DNA of 64,000 bases from an uncultured Pseudomonadales bacterium. Lineage in GTDB: Bacteria > Patescibacteriota > Microgenomatia > UBA1400 > PJMF01. Positions 30,976 through 41,443 of the stretch are shown one piece after another. The DNA lies in the NCBI GenBank assembly GCA_964457085.1, contig CAYWDM010000001.1:111690-175689 (forward strand), read 5' to 3'. The stretch's first letter is position 1, and each line of letters opens with the position of its first letter. Made by a program: the position numbers and the translations under genes. Under the pieces are notes generated by a model that was not told the DNA's origin, did not search any database, and was given only the letters and a program-made list of their open reading frames with translations.

Positions 30976-32019
30976 TTAAATAACAGCCAGCCAAACACCA
31001 AACAAGGTCAACATAATCTGCATCAGCCAAACTCGTTGGACAATTTTTGGCTCTTCCCATCCAGCTTGTTGTAACGTCAGATGAAAAGGTGCTGCAGGCA
31101 TCAATTTGCGTTTCAAAAATCTCTTACTAAGCAGCTGTGCAAATGAAGTACTAATCTCAAAAACAAAAATAAAACCGATCACCACTAAAGCGATCACTTT
31201 TCCCAACAGTAGTCCGACCACTGCCAACGTAGCACCAAATGCCATCGCCCCAACATCACCCATAAAAATTCTGGCAGGAAAAACGTTGAAGTATAAAAAT
31301 GACACCAACGAGCCAATCCACAAAACCAAAAATAACGAGAGGGGAATATCAAGAATTGCCGCAGACAAAAACCACAAGCCAAACAATGAAATCATCAGAG
31401 TGCCTGAAGCCAAGCCATCAAGTCCATCGGTAATATTCACCGCATTGGCAAAGGCCACAATCACAAAAATCGCGAAAGGAATAAAAAACATACCCAACTG
31501 AAAGGTACCAATAAAAGGGATATGAATGAATGAAATTCCCAAACTAAAGTACAACAAACTGGAAATAATAGTCGCTAACACTAGTTGTAAAAATAATTTG
31601 TGATGCATTCGCAAACCAAAGAACTGTTCTTTATCAAACCCGAAAAACTTTTTGATGTCATCGTACAAACCAAGAATACCAAATGATAAAAAGGTAAAAA
31701 ACAAAATATTAACCTCTGATTGGTAGTTGGTATAGACACTAGTCACCTTAATCCCAAACCAGCTTAGTAGGGGCAATAACAAAGCAAACAAGAAACACAC
31801 TACTAAAATCACTAACAAACCACCACCAACAGGGACTCCCGCTTTTACTCCGTGAAATTTATCAAAAATTGGGGTGGTCTTACCAAATGCATCTTTGGTA
31901 ACTTGATTTGCACGCTGAAATTTTAGTGCATACAGCAAGTTAATAAAGGGCACAATTACGATACTGGTGACTAAGAATGAGAAAATTAAAAAGCCTAATG
32001 ATAATGCTAATGAACTCAT
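30976..32019 (-). CDS. mraY: Phospho-MurNAc-pentapeptide transferase MraY
   Basis: LYDD, NAVNITDGLDGLA, FNVFPARIFMGDVG, APFH. Confidence 0.93.
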   Translation of the reverse strand: MSSLALSLGFLIFSFLVTSIVIVPFINLLYALKFQRANQVTKDAFGKTTPIFDKFHGVKAGVPVGGGLLVILVVCFLFALLLPLLSWFGIKVTSVYTNYQSEVNILFFTFLSFGILGLYDDIKKFFGFDKEQFFGLRMHHKLFLQLVLATIISSLLYFSLGISFIHIPFIGTFQLGMFFIPFAIFVIVAFANAVNITDGLDGLASGTLMISLFGLWFLSAAILDIPLSLFLVLWIGSLVSFLYFNVFPARIFMGDVGAMAFGATLAVVGLLLGKVIALVVIGFIFVFEISTSFAQLLSKRFLKRKLMPAAPFHLTLQQAGWEEPKIVQRVWLMQIMLTLFGVWLAVI

Positions 32020-32024
32020 ATAAA

Positions 32025-33362
32025 TTAACTTCTCGTTATTTTAGCTCCCAGTAATCGAAGTTTTTCTTCGATTCGCTGATAGCCTCGTTCCACTTGTTCG
32101 ATGTTGTGCAAAATGGTGGTGCCACTGCCACTGATCGCAGCTAACATTGTAGTCGCTCCAGCACGAAGATCATGTACAGTAAATTCGCCACCGGTGAAAT
32201 TGGTTGGGCCATAAATTCGAATCGCATGGATATCAGCCTCAGTGCCATCTTTCCACTCAAAATTGTATACATCTTCTGGGTGCTTTACCTCAGGATTAAA
32301 ATATTCAATTTTTGCTCCCATTTGTTTTAATGTCTCCACATATTGGAACCTGTTTTGCATTACCGTCTCGTGTATCACAGAAGCGCCCGTTGCATGACAA
32401 ACTAATGTTGCCCACAGTGGCTGCCAATCAGTCATAAATCCAGGGTGGATTTCAGTTTCAATATCGGTGGCACGAAGTGGTTGTTTGTAAAAAAAGCGAA
32501 TTCCATAATTACCGATTTCATATCCGCCACCAATCTCATCCAGTTTGTTTAAAAAGGCAATTAAGTCCTCACGATTAGCATTTTCGACCACGATATCGCC
32601 CTTAGATGCAATAGCGGCACAAGCGTATGAAACGGCCTCATTTCGATCTGGCATAATCCGATGAATACATCCACCAAGACTTGCCACACCCTCAATTTCA
32701 ATAACTCGAAAAGCTCTACGTCGAATCTTGGCACCCATTCCAATCAAGAAACGAATTAAATCATCAATTTCTGGCTCTAAAGCAGCGTTCTCCAAGACAG
32801 TCGTACCTTTTGCCAACACCGCTGCCATCAGTAAAGTCTCGGTGCCGGTATGTGTATTCTTGTTAAATTTATAGGTTGTTCCGACTAGACCATTAGTTTT
32901 TGCTCGAAGCATGCCATTTTCTTGCACTAGCTCCACACCCATGGCTCGCAAGCCATCCATGTGTCGCTCAAGTGGTCTCTTACCGATCTTGTCACCACCA
33001 GGTAAAGGCACTTCAGCTTGACCAAATCGTGCCAACAGTGGACCAAGGAAAAGTGTCGAAGCACGTGATGCTTCACCATGATTTGAATCGATACGAAATG
33101 ACGATAATAACTCAGGCTTTATAAACAATGTCTGCTCACCAGCATCTTGGACTTCTGCTCCGAGTTGGCCAATGATTTTTTTAACCAAATCGACATCTGA
33201 AATCGCAGGCAAATTGAGCAGTCGTGATTCCTGTCGACTGAGTAGTGCAGCAATCATCAACTTATAAGAAGCATTTTTTGCACCACCCACACGCACGCAA
33301 CCTCGAAGTGGTGTCCCACCTTCAATAGTAAAAGTACCGCCGGTAACTACTTGATTGGTCAT
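32025..33362 (-). CDS. murA: UDP-GlcNAc enolpyruvyl transferase MurA
   Basis: GAKNA, RAS...GPLLAR, LPGGDKIG.R (Asp at the catalytic Cys position), PGFMTD, DLRAGA. Confidence 0.95.
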   Translation of the reverse strand: MTNQVVTGGTFTIEGGTPLRGCVRVGGAKNASYKLMIAALLSRQESRLLNLPAISDVDLVKKIIGQLGAEVQDAGEQTLFIKPELLSSFRIDSNHGEASRASTLFLGPLLARFGQAEVPLPGGDKIGKRPLERHMDGLRAMGVELVQENGMLRAKTNGLVGTTYKFNKNTHTGTETLLMAAVLAKGTTVLENAALEPEIDDLIRFLIGMGAKIRRRAFRVIEIEGVASLGGCIHRIMPDRNEAVSYACAAIASKGDIVVENANREDLIAFLNKLDEIGGGYEIGNYGIRFFYKQPLRATDIETEIHPGFMTDWQPLWATLVCHATGASVIHETVMQNRFQYVETLKQMGAKIEYFNPEVKHPEDVYNFEWKDGTEADIHAIRIYGPTNFTGGEFTVHDLRAGATTMLAAISGSGTTILHNIEQVERGYQRIEEKLRLLGAKITRS

Positions 33363-33380
33363 AGCGAAATCATACCGCAC

Positions 33381-34340
33381 TTACGAAATAAAAAACACTT
33401 CCTCGTGCAACTCAACTGCAAAAAGTGTCTGTACCTTTTCTTTGATCAAGTTAATTAATTGTAATAATTCTTTAGCAGTACCACCACCGTGATTCACAAT
33501 AAATGCTGCGTGCTTATCGCTCACTTCAAGAGCTCCTACTCGAGTATTTTTTAGCCCTGCTTGGTCAATTAAAAAACCACCAGGGACATAACTTTTATCA
33601 GCAAATTGAGGAAAACGCTGTTTCAGTGCATCGGAATTTGGTACATTTTGGAAAATACACCCAGAACTTGGCATTCCCAGTGGTTGCGTTTCAGCTCGGT
33701 ACTTAATTGCACGAGTAATTAATTCTTTTGAAGTAGCAGGGTTCCCAGATTTTAATCGAAACTCAACAGCCACAATGATTTCTTTCGTTGATTGAAACCT
33801 TGAATGATCATATCCAAAATCACATTCTTCTAATGACAACCATTTTAAATTACTTTCAAGATCAATAACTTGAACTCGTTCAATATGTGCACTAATTAAA
33901 TCTGATAAATAATGAGCATTGTTAAACACTGCTCCGCCCAACATTCCTGGAACACCTAGGAAAAATTCAAGTCCGGTCAGCCCCTGATCTACAGTCTTTG
34001 CAACTAATGTTGCCATTTTAATGCCTGCACCCACGGTTACTAGAGTACCCAACTCATTTTGTTCACCCAGCATAAACTCGTTATTGGTAAGTCTAATCAA
34101 GACACCAGCTACTCCAGCATCTGCGACTACCACGTTACTCATACCACCAATGACTCGGCTTGGAATACCCTGTTGTCGGCAAAATTGGTTGACTTTTTGC
34201 AGCACGTCTAAATCTGCAACCTCCAAGTACAGCTCTGCAGCTCCACCTAGTTTAAAATACGCTATTGGTGACAGTGCAAAATCAAGCTTCCAATCAAGTG
34301 TTGGAAAAGCGGCTACTAGCTGCTGTTGAGTTACTGTCAT
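33381..34340 (-). CDS. murB: UDP-MurNAc dehydrogenase MurB
   Basis: GG.A, GGMSN, GLEFF.G.PG..GGAV..NA, PSSGCIFQN, KHAAFIVN; start at ATG 34340. Confidence 0.93.
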   Translation of the reverse strand: MTVTQQQLVAAFPTLDWKLDFALSPIAYFKLGGAAELYLEVADLDVLQKVNQFCRQQGIPSRVIGGMSNVVVADAGVAGVLIRLTNNEFMLGEQNELGTLVTVGAGIKMATLVAKTVDQGLTGLEFFLGVPGMLGGAVFNNAHYLSDLISAHIERVQVIDLESNLKWLSLEECDFGYDHSRFQSTKEIIVAVEFRLKSGNPATSKELITRAIKYRAETQPLGMPSSGCIFQNVPNSDALKQRFPQFADKSYVPGGFLIDQAGLKNTRVGALEVSDKHAAFIVNHGGGTAKELLQLINLIKEKVQTLFAVELHEEVFFIS

Positions 34341-34356
34341 ACTCTTATTGTACTGT

Positions 34357-35112
34357 ATGAGTGAAATAAACACTGATTTGAATGGTATTTTGTTGCTCGA
34401 CAAACCAATCGGTTATTCGAGTCACAATGTAGTAAACACAGTTCGGAAGGAAACTGGTGTAAAGCGAGTGGGGCATACTGGTACTCTCGACCCATTCGCT
34501 ACCGGGTTGCTCATTATCTTAGTCGGTAAAAAGTTCACCAAACTTCAAGATTTATTTCTCAAACAAGATAAACACTATCTCTGTGAATTTGAATTGGGTT
34601 ATGAGACCACGACTCTCGACAAAACTGGCGAACTCACACTCCAAACTCCACAAGACCAGATCATAACAATTACTCAGAAACAAGTTCAAACTGTAATGAA
34701 ACAGTTTATCGGGCCACAATTACAACAAGCCCCCGCATTTGCAGCAATCAAAGTTGCTGGAGAAAAACTCTATAGTCATGCTCTCAAATTGCTACACAAT
34801 CCGGATCACGCTGATTTTGAAGCCTGGCAGTCCCAACTTCCAAAACGTCAAATCGAGATTTTTGAGATCGTTTTAACGCAGTTCCACGCTGCCTGTAGTA
34901 CTAAATCTGCATGCTGCACCATCTCAGTTCACTGCAGTAGTGGCACTTACATTCGCTCACTGATTCGAGATATTGGCAAAGCACTCAACACCTATGCCAC
35001 TGCAATTTCACTCAAACGTACCCAGATAGGCACCATCAGGCTTTCTGACGCACAACAAGTCGACCAACCAGAATCTTGGGTTTGGCATCAAAAAACTGAA
35101 CTTCTCAACTAA
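34357..35112 (+). CDS. truB: tRNA pseudouridine-55 synthase TruB
   Basis: DKP.G.SSH, GHTGTLDPFATGLL, CSSGTYIRSL. Confidence 0.95.
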   Translation: MSEINTDLNGILLLDKPIGYSSHNVVNTVRKETGVKRVGHTGTLDPFATGLLIILVGKKFTKLQDLFLKQDKHYLCEFELGYETTTLDKTGELTLQTPQDQIITITQKQVQTVMKQFIGPQLQQAPAFAAIKVAGEKLYSHALKLLHNPDHADFEAWQSQLPKRQIEIFEIVLTQFHAACSTKSACCTISVHCSSGTYIRSLIRDIGKALNTYATAISLKRTQIGTIRLSDAQQVDQPESWVWHQKTELLN

Positions 35113-35115
35113 AAA

Positions 35116-35685
35116 TCAATACTTCGGCGGAATGATCTGCCCCATGGCAGTAAATGGAAAATAGCGGAAAAATGCTCTGCCAACAATTCCTGATTTTTTA
35201 ACTGGTCCCCAGGTTCGAGAATCGGCTGAATAAGGTCGGTTGTCACCACACACAAAATACTCATCTGGTCCAACCGTTATTGGGCCATTCGACGTGTATT
35301 TTCCTGGCATGATCGGAAAATCTTCAGGAATATATGGTTCAGATACCGGCACACCATCCACAACTATCTGACCATCCTTCACTTCAACTGTTTCACCTGG
35401 CAGTGCAAGAACGCGTTTAATAAAATCACAACCAGTACCCTTAGGACAATTCGCTGCCTCAGGTGCATGAATCACCACCACTTCACCCCGTTCAGGATTT
35501 CTCATTCGGTAGGTAACTTTATCGGTTAAAACGTACTCACCACTCTGGAAATTTGGCACCATTGACTGACCGTTCACTTGATGCGGTTGCATAAAAAAAA
35601 GATATACCACCAAAAAAATCGAGAGAGCGATAACTAATGTCTCGATCATGTCTAAGAAAAAAGCACCTAATTTTGAAAATATCAT
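35116..35685 (-). CDS. lepB: Signal peptidase I
   Basis: V.GQSMVP, FIKRV.ALPGE, YFVCGDNR..S.DSR.WG. Confidence 0.94.
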   Translation of the reverse strand: MIFSKLGAFFLDMIETLVIALSIFLVVYLFFMQPHQVNGQSMVPNFQSGEYVLTDKVTYRMRNPERGEVVVIHAPEAANCPKGTGCDFIKRVLALPGETVEVKDGQIVVDGVPVSEPYIPEDFPIMPGKYTSNGPITVGPDEYFVCGDNRPYSADSRTWGPVKKSGIVGRAFFRYFPFTAMGQIIPPKY

Positions 35686-35848
35686 AGTCAGAAGACCCAT
35701 ACATTTTGGGTCTGTGCTCATACTACCTATGTTAAACAACACTCTGCAATAGGAAAAACAAAATTTGAATAGCTACTGCAGAAGAACCTGTTGCCTAAAT
35801 TATAACTTCCCCCACACAGTCATGATCTGACTCAGCTATAATAAATCT

Positions 35849-37096
35849 ATGGGTTATACCAAAAATGCTATCTCTGGGTTGAGTTGGCAAACTGTCCTCA
35901 AAATTGGCACTTCAGTACTGACTTTGGCGAAAATCTCAATACTTGCTCGTTTGCTGAGTCCCACTGATTTTGGTCTGTTTAGCTTGACAGCAGTGGCCCT
36001 GGGAATTACTGAAAGCCTGACGCAGACTGGCATAAATCTCACTATTATCCAAGCAAAACAATCTGTACGGTATTTTCTTGATACCGCTTGGGTTATTGCC
36101 ATAGCTAGAGGCTTTGCAATTGGGTTGATTATGGTCGCAGTAGGCTGGGGAATTAGCCAATGGTACAACGAGCCCGCATTATTTGCTCTAATTGCTGCTA
36201 CTGCTTTAGTCCCGATCATCAAAGGTTTTATCAATCCAGCAATAGTTTCGATGCACAAAGAAATGAAGTTTTTTCAAGATAGTGCCTATCGGTTTTCACT
36301 GTCACTAGTCGAGACTATCATCGCACTTGTTTGCGGTTTTGCACTTCATTCGGTCTGGGCTCTAGTGGTGGCACTCATTGGCACCGCTTTGTTTGAAGTT
36401 CTAATTTCATTTGTTTTTTTTGCCGATCGTCCAGTGTTCCATTACTATAAATCTCGAGCAGAAGTCATTATTAATAACGGAAAATGGCTCGGAATTGCAA
36501 CACTATTAAACTATTTAAATGAAAATGCTGACAACGTTGTGTTGGGGAAAATAGTGGGTACCCATAGTCTGGGACTCTATCAAAACAGTTATGCGCTAGC
36601 ACATAAAACTAACTACGAGATGGCAAAATCCATTCACCATGGTGTCATTCCGATTTTTTCTAAACTCAGCGACCAACCAGATAGATTAGTGGCTGCATTT
36701 AAAAAATCTCTCGCCTCCACGATTGTACTTTCGATACTAGGCAGTATCCCGCTCATATTCTTCCCTGATCTTGCAGTGCGAATTGTTTTGGGCTCAAAAT
36801 GGCTAGAGGCGGTACCATTACTCCCAATCCTAGCTGCAGCCGGAGCAGTGCAGAGCGTTAGCGTGGCCAGCTACACTTTATTTCTCGCCAAAAAACATTA
36901 CCATGTGCTCAACACACATCTTTGGATCACACTACTGACAATGGTAGGATTATTGCTTTGGCTAGCTCAAAAATATGGTGTGCAAGGTGCAGTTTGGGGA
37001 GTGTTACTCTCTAGAATTATATCTTTGCCAATCTTGGTGTATGGAGTCCGCTGGAGTCTAATGCACCCCACTAACTCGATTCATGAAAATAAGTGA
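35849..37096 (+). CDS. wzx: Wzx-type oligosaccharide flippase
   Basis: LARLLSP.DFG, polytopic, D..VLGK......LG.Y..AY-like segment. Confidence 0.85.
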   Translation: MGYTKNAISGLSWQTVLKIGTSVLTLAKISILARLLSPTDFGLFSLTAVALGITESLTQTGINLTIIQAKQSVRYFLDTAWVIAIARGFAIGLIMVAVGWGISQWYNEPALFALIAATALVPIIKGFINPAIVSMHKEMKFFQDSAYRFSLSLVETIIALVCGFALHSVWALVVALIGTALFEVLISFVFFADRPVFHYYKSRAEVIINNGKWLGIATLLNYLNENADNVVLGKIVGTHSLGLYQNSYALAHKTNYEMAKSIHHGVIPIFSKLSDQPDRLVAAFKKSLASTIVLSILGSIPLIFFPDLAVRIVLGSKWLEAVPLLPILAAAGAVQSVSVASYTLFLAKKHYHVLNTHLWITLLTMVGLLLWLAQKYGVQGAVWGVLLSRIISLPILVYGVRWSLMHPTNSIHENK

Positions 37097-38621
37097 AATG
37101 AAAAAAACTAGTCCAAGTCATAAAAAAAAGAGTGCTTTACTCGCGACTGTTACCAGTTTTCTCAAAACACATTGGCTTGCCATTATTCTGGTCGCAATTG
37201 GCACTTGGCTCAGAATCGTCGATTTGCCAAACAACGCTATTGTTTTTCCTGACGCAGGCAGAGACTTACTTGAGGCAGTGACTGCAATCAAAAACCACGA
37301 GTTTCCATTGTTAGGTATTCCTTCAAGTATCCCTCGTTTTAAACAAGGACCTCTTTCAATCTGGCTTAATATGTCTATTTACTCCGCCGTAGGCTACAAA
37401 ATGGAAACATATAGTCTTGTGTATGCTTTTATTGGCATCCTGGCGATAATCGGCATTTACGAAACTTGTATTGTATTTTTTAATCAACGAGTGGGTTTGA
37501 TTGCCCTAGCCTTACTCAGCTTTTCACCACTAGCCATTGCCCATAGTCGCATGGCTTATCACACCACACCGATCCCAATTTTCACGATTTTTTATTGGTG
37601 GGGTTTACAGGCACTACTTCAAAATAAAAAACACGGGGTTTTCTGGGCAGTACTTACTGGTTGGCTGTTGTTTCAATTTGAACTGAGCCTGTTTCCAGTG
37701 TTACTAGCCATTCCCATAGTTTTATATCTCAAGAAAACTACATTCTTAAAATGCTGGAAAGATTGTCTGTTCGGGACTCTACTTGGATTGCTACCACAAA
37801 TCATTTTTGATCTCACACATAAGTTTGCACAGCTGGGTGGATTTGCAGTTTGGATGGGTTATCGAATTATCAGTCTCATTCTCCCTGGACAACATACTAT
37901 TAGTAGTCACAAGCTCTCACAATTTTGGACCAGTGTCAGCACCTATATACCTAGAATCTGGGGAGTCGATGTGAACTGGGTAAACGTTTTGCTCTTGTTG
38001 TTGTTTGTGCTTGGATTCATTCAAGTTTACAGAATTTGGAAACAAACTAAAAACCAATCATTTGGACTGTTGTTGTTACTATTTTTTTTAATCACTCTTG
38101 GCTATTTTGTCCACGGTTCGCCATCAGAAGCATACTATCCGATTTACCTAATTTTGCTGCCACTAATCACTGCAGCTGGTTTGGAATCACTAGGCAAAAA
38201 ACAATTTTTAGTCAGTCTCTGCGTTGTTTTAATTGTTGGAACTGCAAATTACCAAACGGTTATTCGACACTCGTTTTTTGTCAGCAATACACAGGAAATG
38301 AGCTACGGTCCGAGCAACTCTGAATTACAACAAATTGCCAGTGTACTACAAGCAGCCAATCGTCCCAAAATCACCATCGGTCTTGGTGGTGGAACAACTC
38401 AGTTTCCAAGTAGTTTTGATAATATCAAATGGGCAGCTGCTCAAAACCATCAAAAACAACCAAAGATGGAGCTCATGCTTGAGCCAACTACACCAGAAAT
38501 AGCCGAAGTACTCTATTTACCAAATAAATTAGTACAGTCTTCAGCTCAAAAAAACTCCAGACAAATCAAGTTTGCGAGTCAAACACTGCTGTGGCAAAAA
38601 ACACCTAATGCCAGAAACTAA
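37083..38621 (+). CDS. GT-39/PMT-like membrane glycosyltransferase
   Basis: LR....N..VFPD.GRD, PLLG..SS....QGP, many TM segments. Confidence 0.75.
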   Translation: MKISEMKKTSPSHKKKSALLATVTSFLKTHWLAIILVAIGTWLRIVDLPNNAIVFPDAGRDLLEAVTAIKNHEFPLLGIPSSIPRFKQGPLSIWLNMSIYSAVGYKMETYSLVYAFIGILAIIGIYETCIVFFNQRVGLIALALLSFSPLAIAHSRMAYHTTPIPIFTIFYWWGLQALLQNKKHGVFWAVLTGWLLFQFELSLFPVLLAIPIVLYLKKTTFLKCWKDCLFGTLLGLLPQIIFDLTHKFAQLGGFAVWMGYRIISLILPGQHTISSHKLSQFWTSVSTYIPRIWGVDVNWVNVLLLLLFVLGFIQVYRIWKQTKNQSFGLLLLLFFLITLGYFVHGSPSEAYYPIYLILLPLITAAGLESLGKKQFLVSLCVVLIVGTANYQTVIRHSFFVSNTQEMSYGPSNSELQQIASVLQAANRPKITIGLGGGTTQFPSSFDNIKWAAAQNHQKQPKMELMLEPTTPEIAEVLYLPNKLVQSSAQKNSRQIKFASQTLLWQKTPNARN

Positions 38622-39357
38622 CTCAAAACTTGCAGTCAGCGTTCTAATCCTAGCTCCCAGCATATCCACACAATCGATATTGTCTAAGAACCAGTTACAG
38701 CGTGCAAGAGATTCAGCATCATTTGCAGATGAAGTAATCATTGTTGAACATACAGAACCGATTACTGACTTTGCCAAAGCACGCAATAATGCTATGGATC
38801 ACGCAAAGTACGACTGGGTTTTCTTTTTAGACAGCGATGAGTGGTTTGCAGTTGGTGCTGACGATGCAATTGCAGAATTACTTTCAGACAAACATATTGC
38901 TGGATTATGCATCCGCCGAATTGACGTCTTTCACAACAAGATACTTAAATATGGTGAAACTGGTCAGCATTTTTTACTACGATTCATGAGAAAAGACAAA
39001 AGCTGTTTTGTTAGGCCAGTACATGAGTTCGCACAAGTTATGGGCTGCGTGAAAAACAATAATTTAACCATCTGGCATGAGGGACATCACGATATCAATG
39101 ACTTCATCAAGAGCATAGCTCGCTACAGTAATTTGGAAGCCGAGTGGCAAATAGAGTCTGACCCAAAGATTTCAAGAGTAAAAGTGATACTACAAATGGT
39201 AACTTATCCAGTTGGTAAGTTCTTGTTAAATTATATTTGGAAGGGTGGCATTTTTGATGGTTGGCACGGTTTGGTCTATGCAGTGGTGATGAGTTTGCAT
39301 TCGTTATTTGTTCGTATTTTTTTGCTGGAAAAAATCAATCAGAATTCAAATAAATAA
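38608..39357 (+). CDS. Glycosyltransferase family 2 (WaaE/KdtX-like)
   Basis: DFAKARN, DWVFFLDSDE, VHE, GIFDG.HG. Confidence 0.85.
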   Translation: MPETNSKLAVSVLILAPSISTQSILSKNQLQRARDSASFADEVIIVEHTEPITDFAKARNNAMDHAKYDWVFFLDSDEWFAVGADDAIAELLSDKHIAGLCIRRIDVFHNKILKYGETGQHFLLRFMRKDKSCFVRPVHEFAQVMGCVKNNNLTIWHEGHHDINDFIKSIARYSNLEAEWQIESDPKISRVKVILQMVTYPVGKFLLNYIWKGGIFDGWHGLVYAVVMSLHSLFVRIFLLEKINQNSNK

Positions 39358-39374
39358 ATGAATAAATATTAATA

Positions 39375-40616
39375 ATGCTAAAAAAGATTGATTTATCATT
39401 TGTTTTGCTAGTATTTTTACTTTGTACAATATGCTTAGGTCAATTAACACGATTTAGTCTTTTTGGAATAACTCTTTACGCACAAGACATACTTCTAATC
39501 GTTGCATTTCTTAGCTCTGTAATCATAAATCCAGGTACATTTACTAACATATTGAAAAAAATCTGTCTATTTTGTGTCAGCAACAAACTGATTATGGCAA
39601 TGGGGCTTTGGATTTTGGTTGGATGGGGAATAGCGTTATCCAAATCGTCACTCTCATTGATGGCAGTTTTGACTACACTACGACTTGTTTTTTACAGTCT
39701 TTCCACGGCAACACTATTTTCTAATTTGTCAAAATCAAAGTTATGGGTCTCAACTGGTATATTTTTCACGAGTTTTCTGATGAGTATCTTAGGAATCTTT
39801 CAGTATCTACTACTGCCTGATGTGAGATTTTTGCAAATCTATGGTTTTGATGATCACTATTATCGACTGATTGGTCCACTGCTTGATCCAAACTTTGCAG
39901 GTTTGATAGTGATAATCGGCTGGCTATTTTGGCAAAAAATACAACCTAATATTCTTAATTGGCTAAAACAGCAAAAACTAAAATCGTTTGCTAGTACAAT
40001 GTTGTCCTTCTTGGTAGAAATCACTTTAGCAACTGCACTCGCAATGACCTTTTCAAGATCTAGCTGGCTGGCATTTATATTGGTCAGCATTTTTTTATTG
40101 ATTTCAAAAAAGTTAAATTGGAAACTGGTCACGAATTTCTTTCTTAAAACTGTCATCGTGTTTTGTATTGTCATCATCCTGCCCAAACCAACAGGAGAAG
40201 GTGTGGTGATTACTCGTACCAGCACCATTAAAGCTCGAGCAGAGCTAGGTCAGGAATTGGTCAAAGATTGGAAGCCAATCGAATGGATCTTTGGTAAAGG
40301 CTTATTCAATGTCAGACTGCAAAACTACTCCTCACAGTCCTTGGTGCCAAACACGGCTTGGCAACCAGATAATATTCTGCTGCAAATTATGGGATCGCTT
40401 GGGTTGATTGGAAGTCTGTTAGTGGCGTTGTTGGCTTATCAACGACGACGAGAATTGATGGAGCTGTCGATCACAACGCAAGCATTATTTGTGGCAATTT
40501 TTATCCATGCCCAGTTCAATAATAGTTTTTTTCAACCACAAATTTGGCTACTCTTTACACTTGGAATTTTAGCTGATCAAAAACCTCAGAATTTAAAAAC
40601 GAAATTGGACAATTAG
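39375..40616 (+). CDS. O-antigen ligase/polymerase-like membrane protein
   Basis: FQY, RL.G...DPN..G, TFSRSSWLA, HAQF.N. Confidence 0.75.
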   Translation: MLKKIDLSFVLLVFLLCTICLGQLTRFSLFGITLYAQDILLIVAFLSSVIINPGTFTNILKKICLFCVSNKLIMAMGLWILVGWGIALSKSSLSLMAVLTTLRLVFYSLSTATLFSNLSKSKLWVSTGIFFTSFLMSILGIFQYLLLPDVRFLQIYGFDDHYYRLIGPLLDPNFAGLIVIIGWLFWQKIQPNILNWLKQQKLKSFASTMLSFLVEITLATALAMTFSRSSWLAFILVSIFLLISKKLNWKLVTNFFLKTVIVFCIVIILPKPTGEGVVITRTSTIKARAELGQELVKDWKPIEWIFGKGLFNVRLQNYSSQSLVPNTAWQPDNILLQIMGSLGLIGSLLVALLAYQRRRELMELSITTQALFVAIFIHAQFNNSFFQPQIWLLFTLGILADQKPQNLKTKLDN

Positions 40617-41318
40617 CTCAGTTTCTGCCTGATTTCCAGCCTTATCAACCACTTTAATCTTGAGTTTGTTCTCACCCTCACTCAGCGAGTAGAGGATGGA
40701 GAAACTACCATCTGCCTTGGCATAATTGAGACGATCATTCACGTAGACTTTTGCATCTGGTTTTGCCATCCCTTTGATCGTCAAGTTTTGATTCTTGCGA
40801 CCTTCAATTTGTGCACCTGCAGCAGGTTCATCAACCTTGATTTCAACTGGCAGGTTGTCCATGTAGACTTGGTAGGTAATTGATTTTGCAGATTCATTTC
40901 CAGCACCATCCACGCCATACACTTCCAAACCATTTTCACCCTGATCGAGTCTTAAGTCTTGAGTAAAAGTGCCGTCAGCACCTGCTTTCACACGGCTAAT
41001 CTCACTACCATTTAATACAAACACAACAGAAGAATCTGCCTCTGCAAATCCAGAGAGTGCTACAGAAGCACTGCTGGTCGCATCAAGTGGAGCAGCCAAA
41101 ATAGGAATTTGAGGTGGCATCTGGTCACTCACGTCCATGCCTTTGTTGCTGTCCAGAAACTTGAAAAAGAATTTAATGGCGTTGGGCATAATCACCACCA
41201 CAAACACACCCAAGATTACTATGCCCAATACCACAAACCAAACAGTTTGTAGAACTAACTGTCGTTGTTCTTTTTTTACTAATCTAGAGGAAACGTGATG
41301 CACTGGTTCTGGAGTCAT
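40593..41318 (-). CDS. Membrane-anchored protein with tandem Ig-like domains
   Basis: Single TM, then repeated G.F...L..GEN......D.AGN motifs. Confidence 0.75.
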   Translation of the reverse strand: MTPEPVHHVSSRLVKKEQRQLVLQTVWFVVLGIVILGVFVVVIMPNAIKFFFKFLDSNKGMDVSDQMPPQIPILAAPLDATSSASVALSGFAEADSSVVFVLNGSEISRVKAGADGTFTQDLRLDQGENGLEVYGVDGAGNESAKSITYQVYMDNLPVEIKVDEPAAGAQIEGRKNQNLTIKGMAKPDAKVYVNDRLNYAKADGSFSILYSLSEGENKLKIKVVDKAGNQAETELIVQFRF

Positions 41319-41370
41319 AAGACTATTCTAGCAGAAGTGCAAAATGGGAGTTAGTATCCTCATGAAAATG

Positions 41371-41443
41371 AGCCAGAGGTGGGAATCGAACCCACGACCT
41401 ACGGTTTACGATACCGCCGCTCTACCAACTGAGCTACACTGGC
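41371..41443 (-). tRNA. tRNA-Thr(CGU), CCA not encoded
   Basis: GCCAGTG TAGCTCAGTTGGTAGAGC..ATCGTAA..GGTTCGATTCC..CTCTGGC T. Confidence 0.93.

Noticed and set aside
20532-35742. Long N-terminal extensions of rplU, rodA, ftsZ, murB and lepB in the ORF track
   Set aside because: These come from upstream alternative start codons; family motifs and adjacent -10 boxes support the shorter starts
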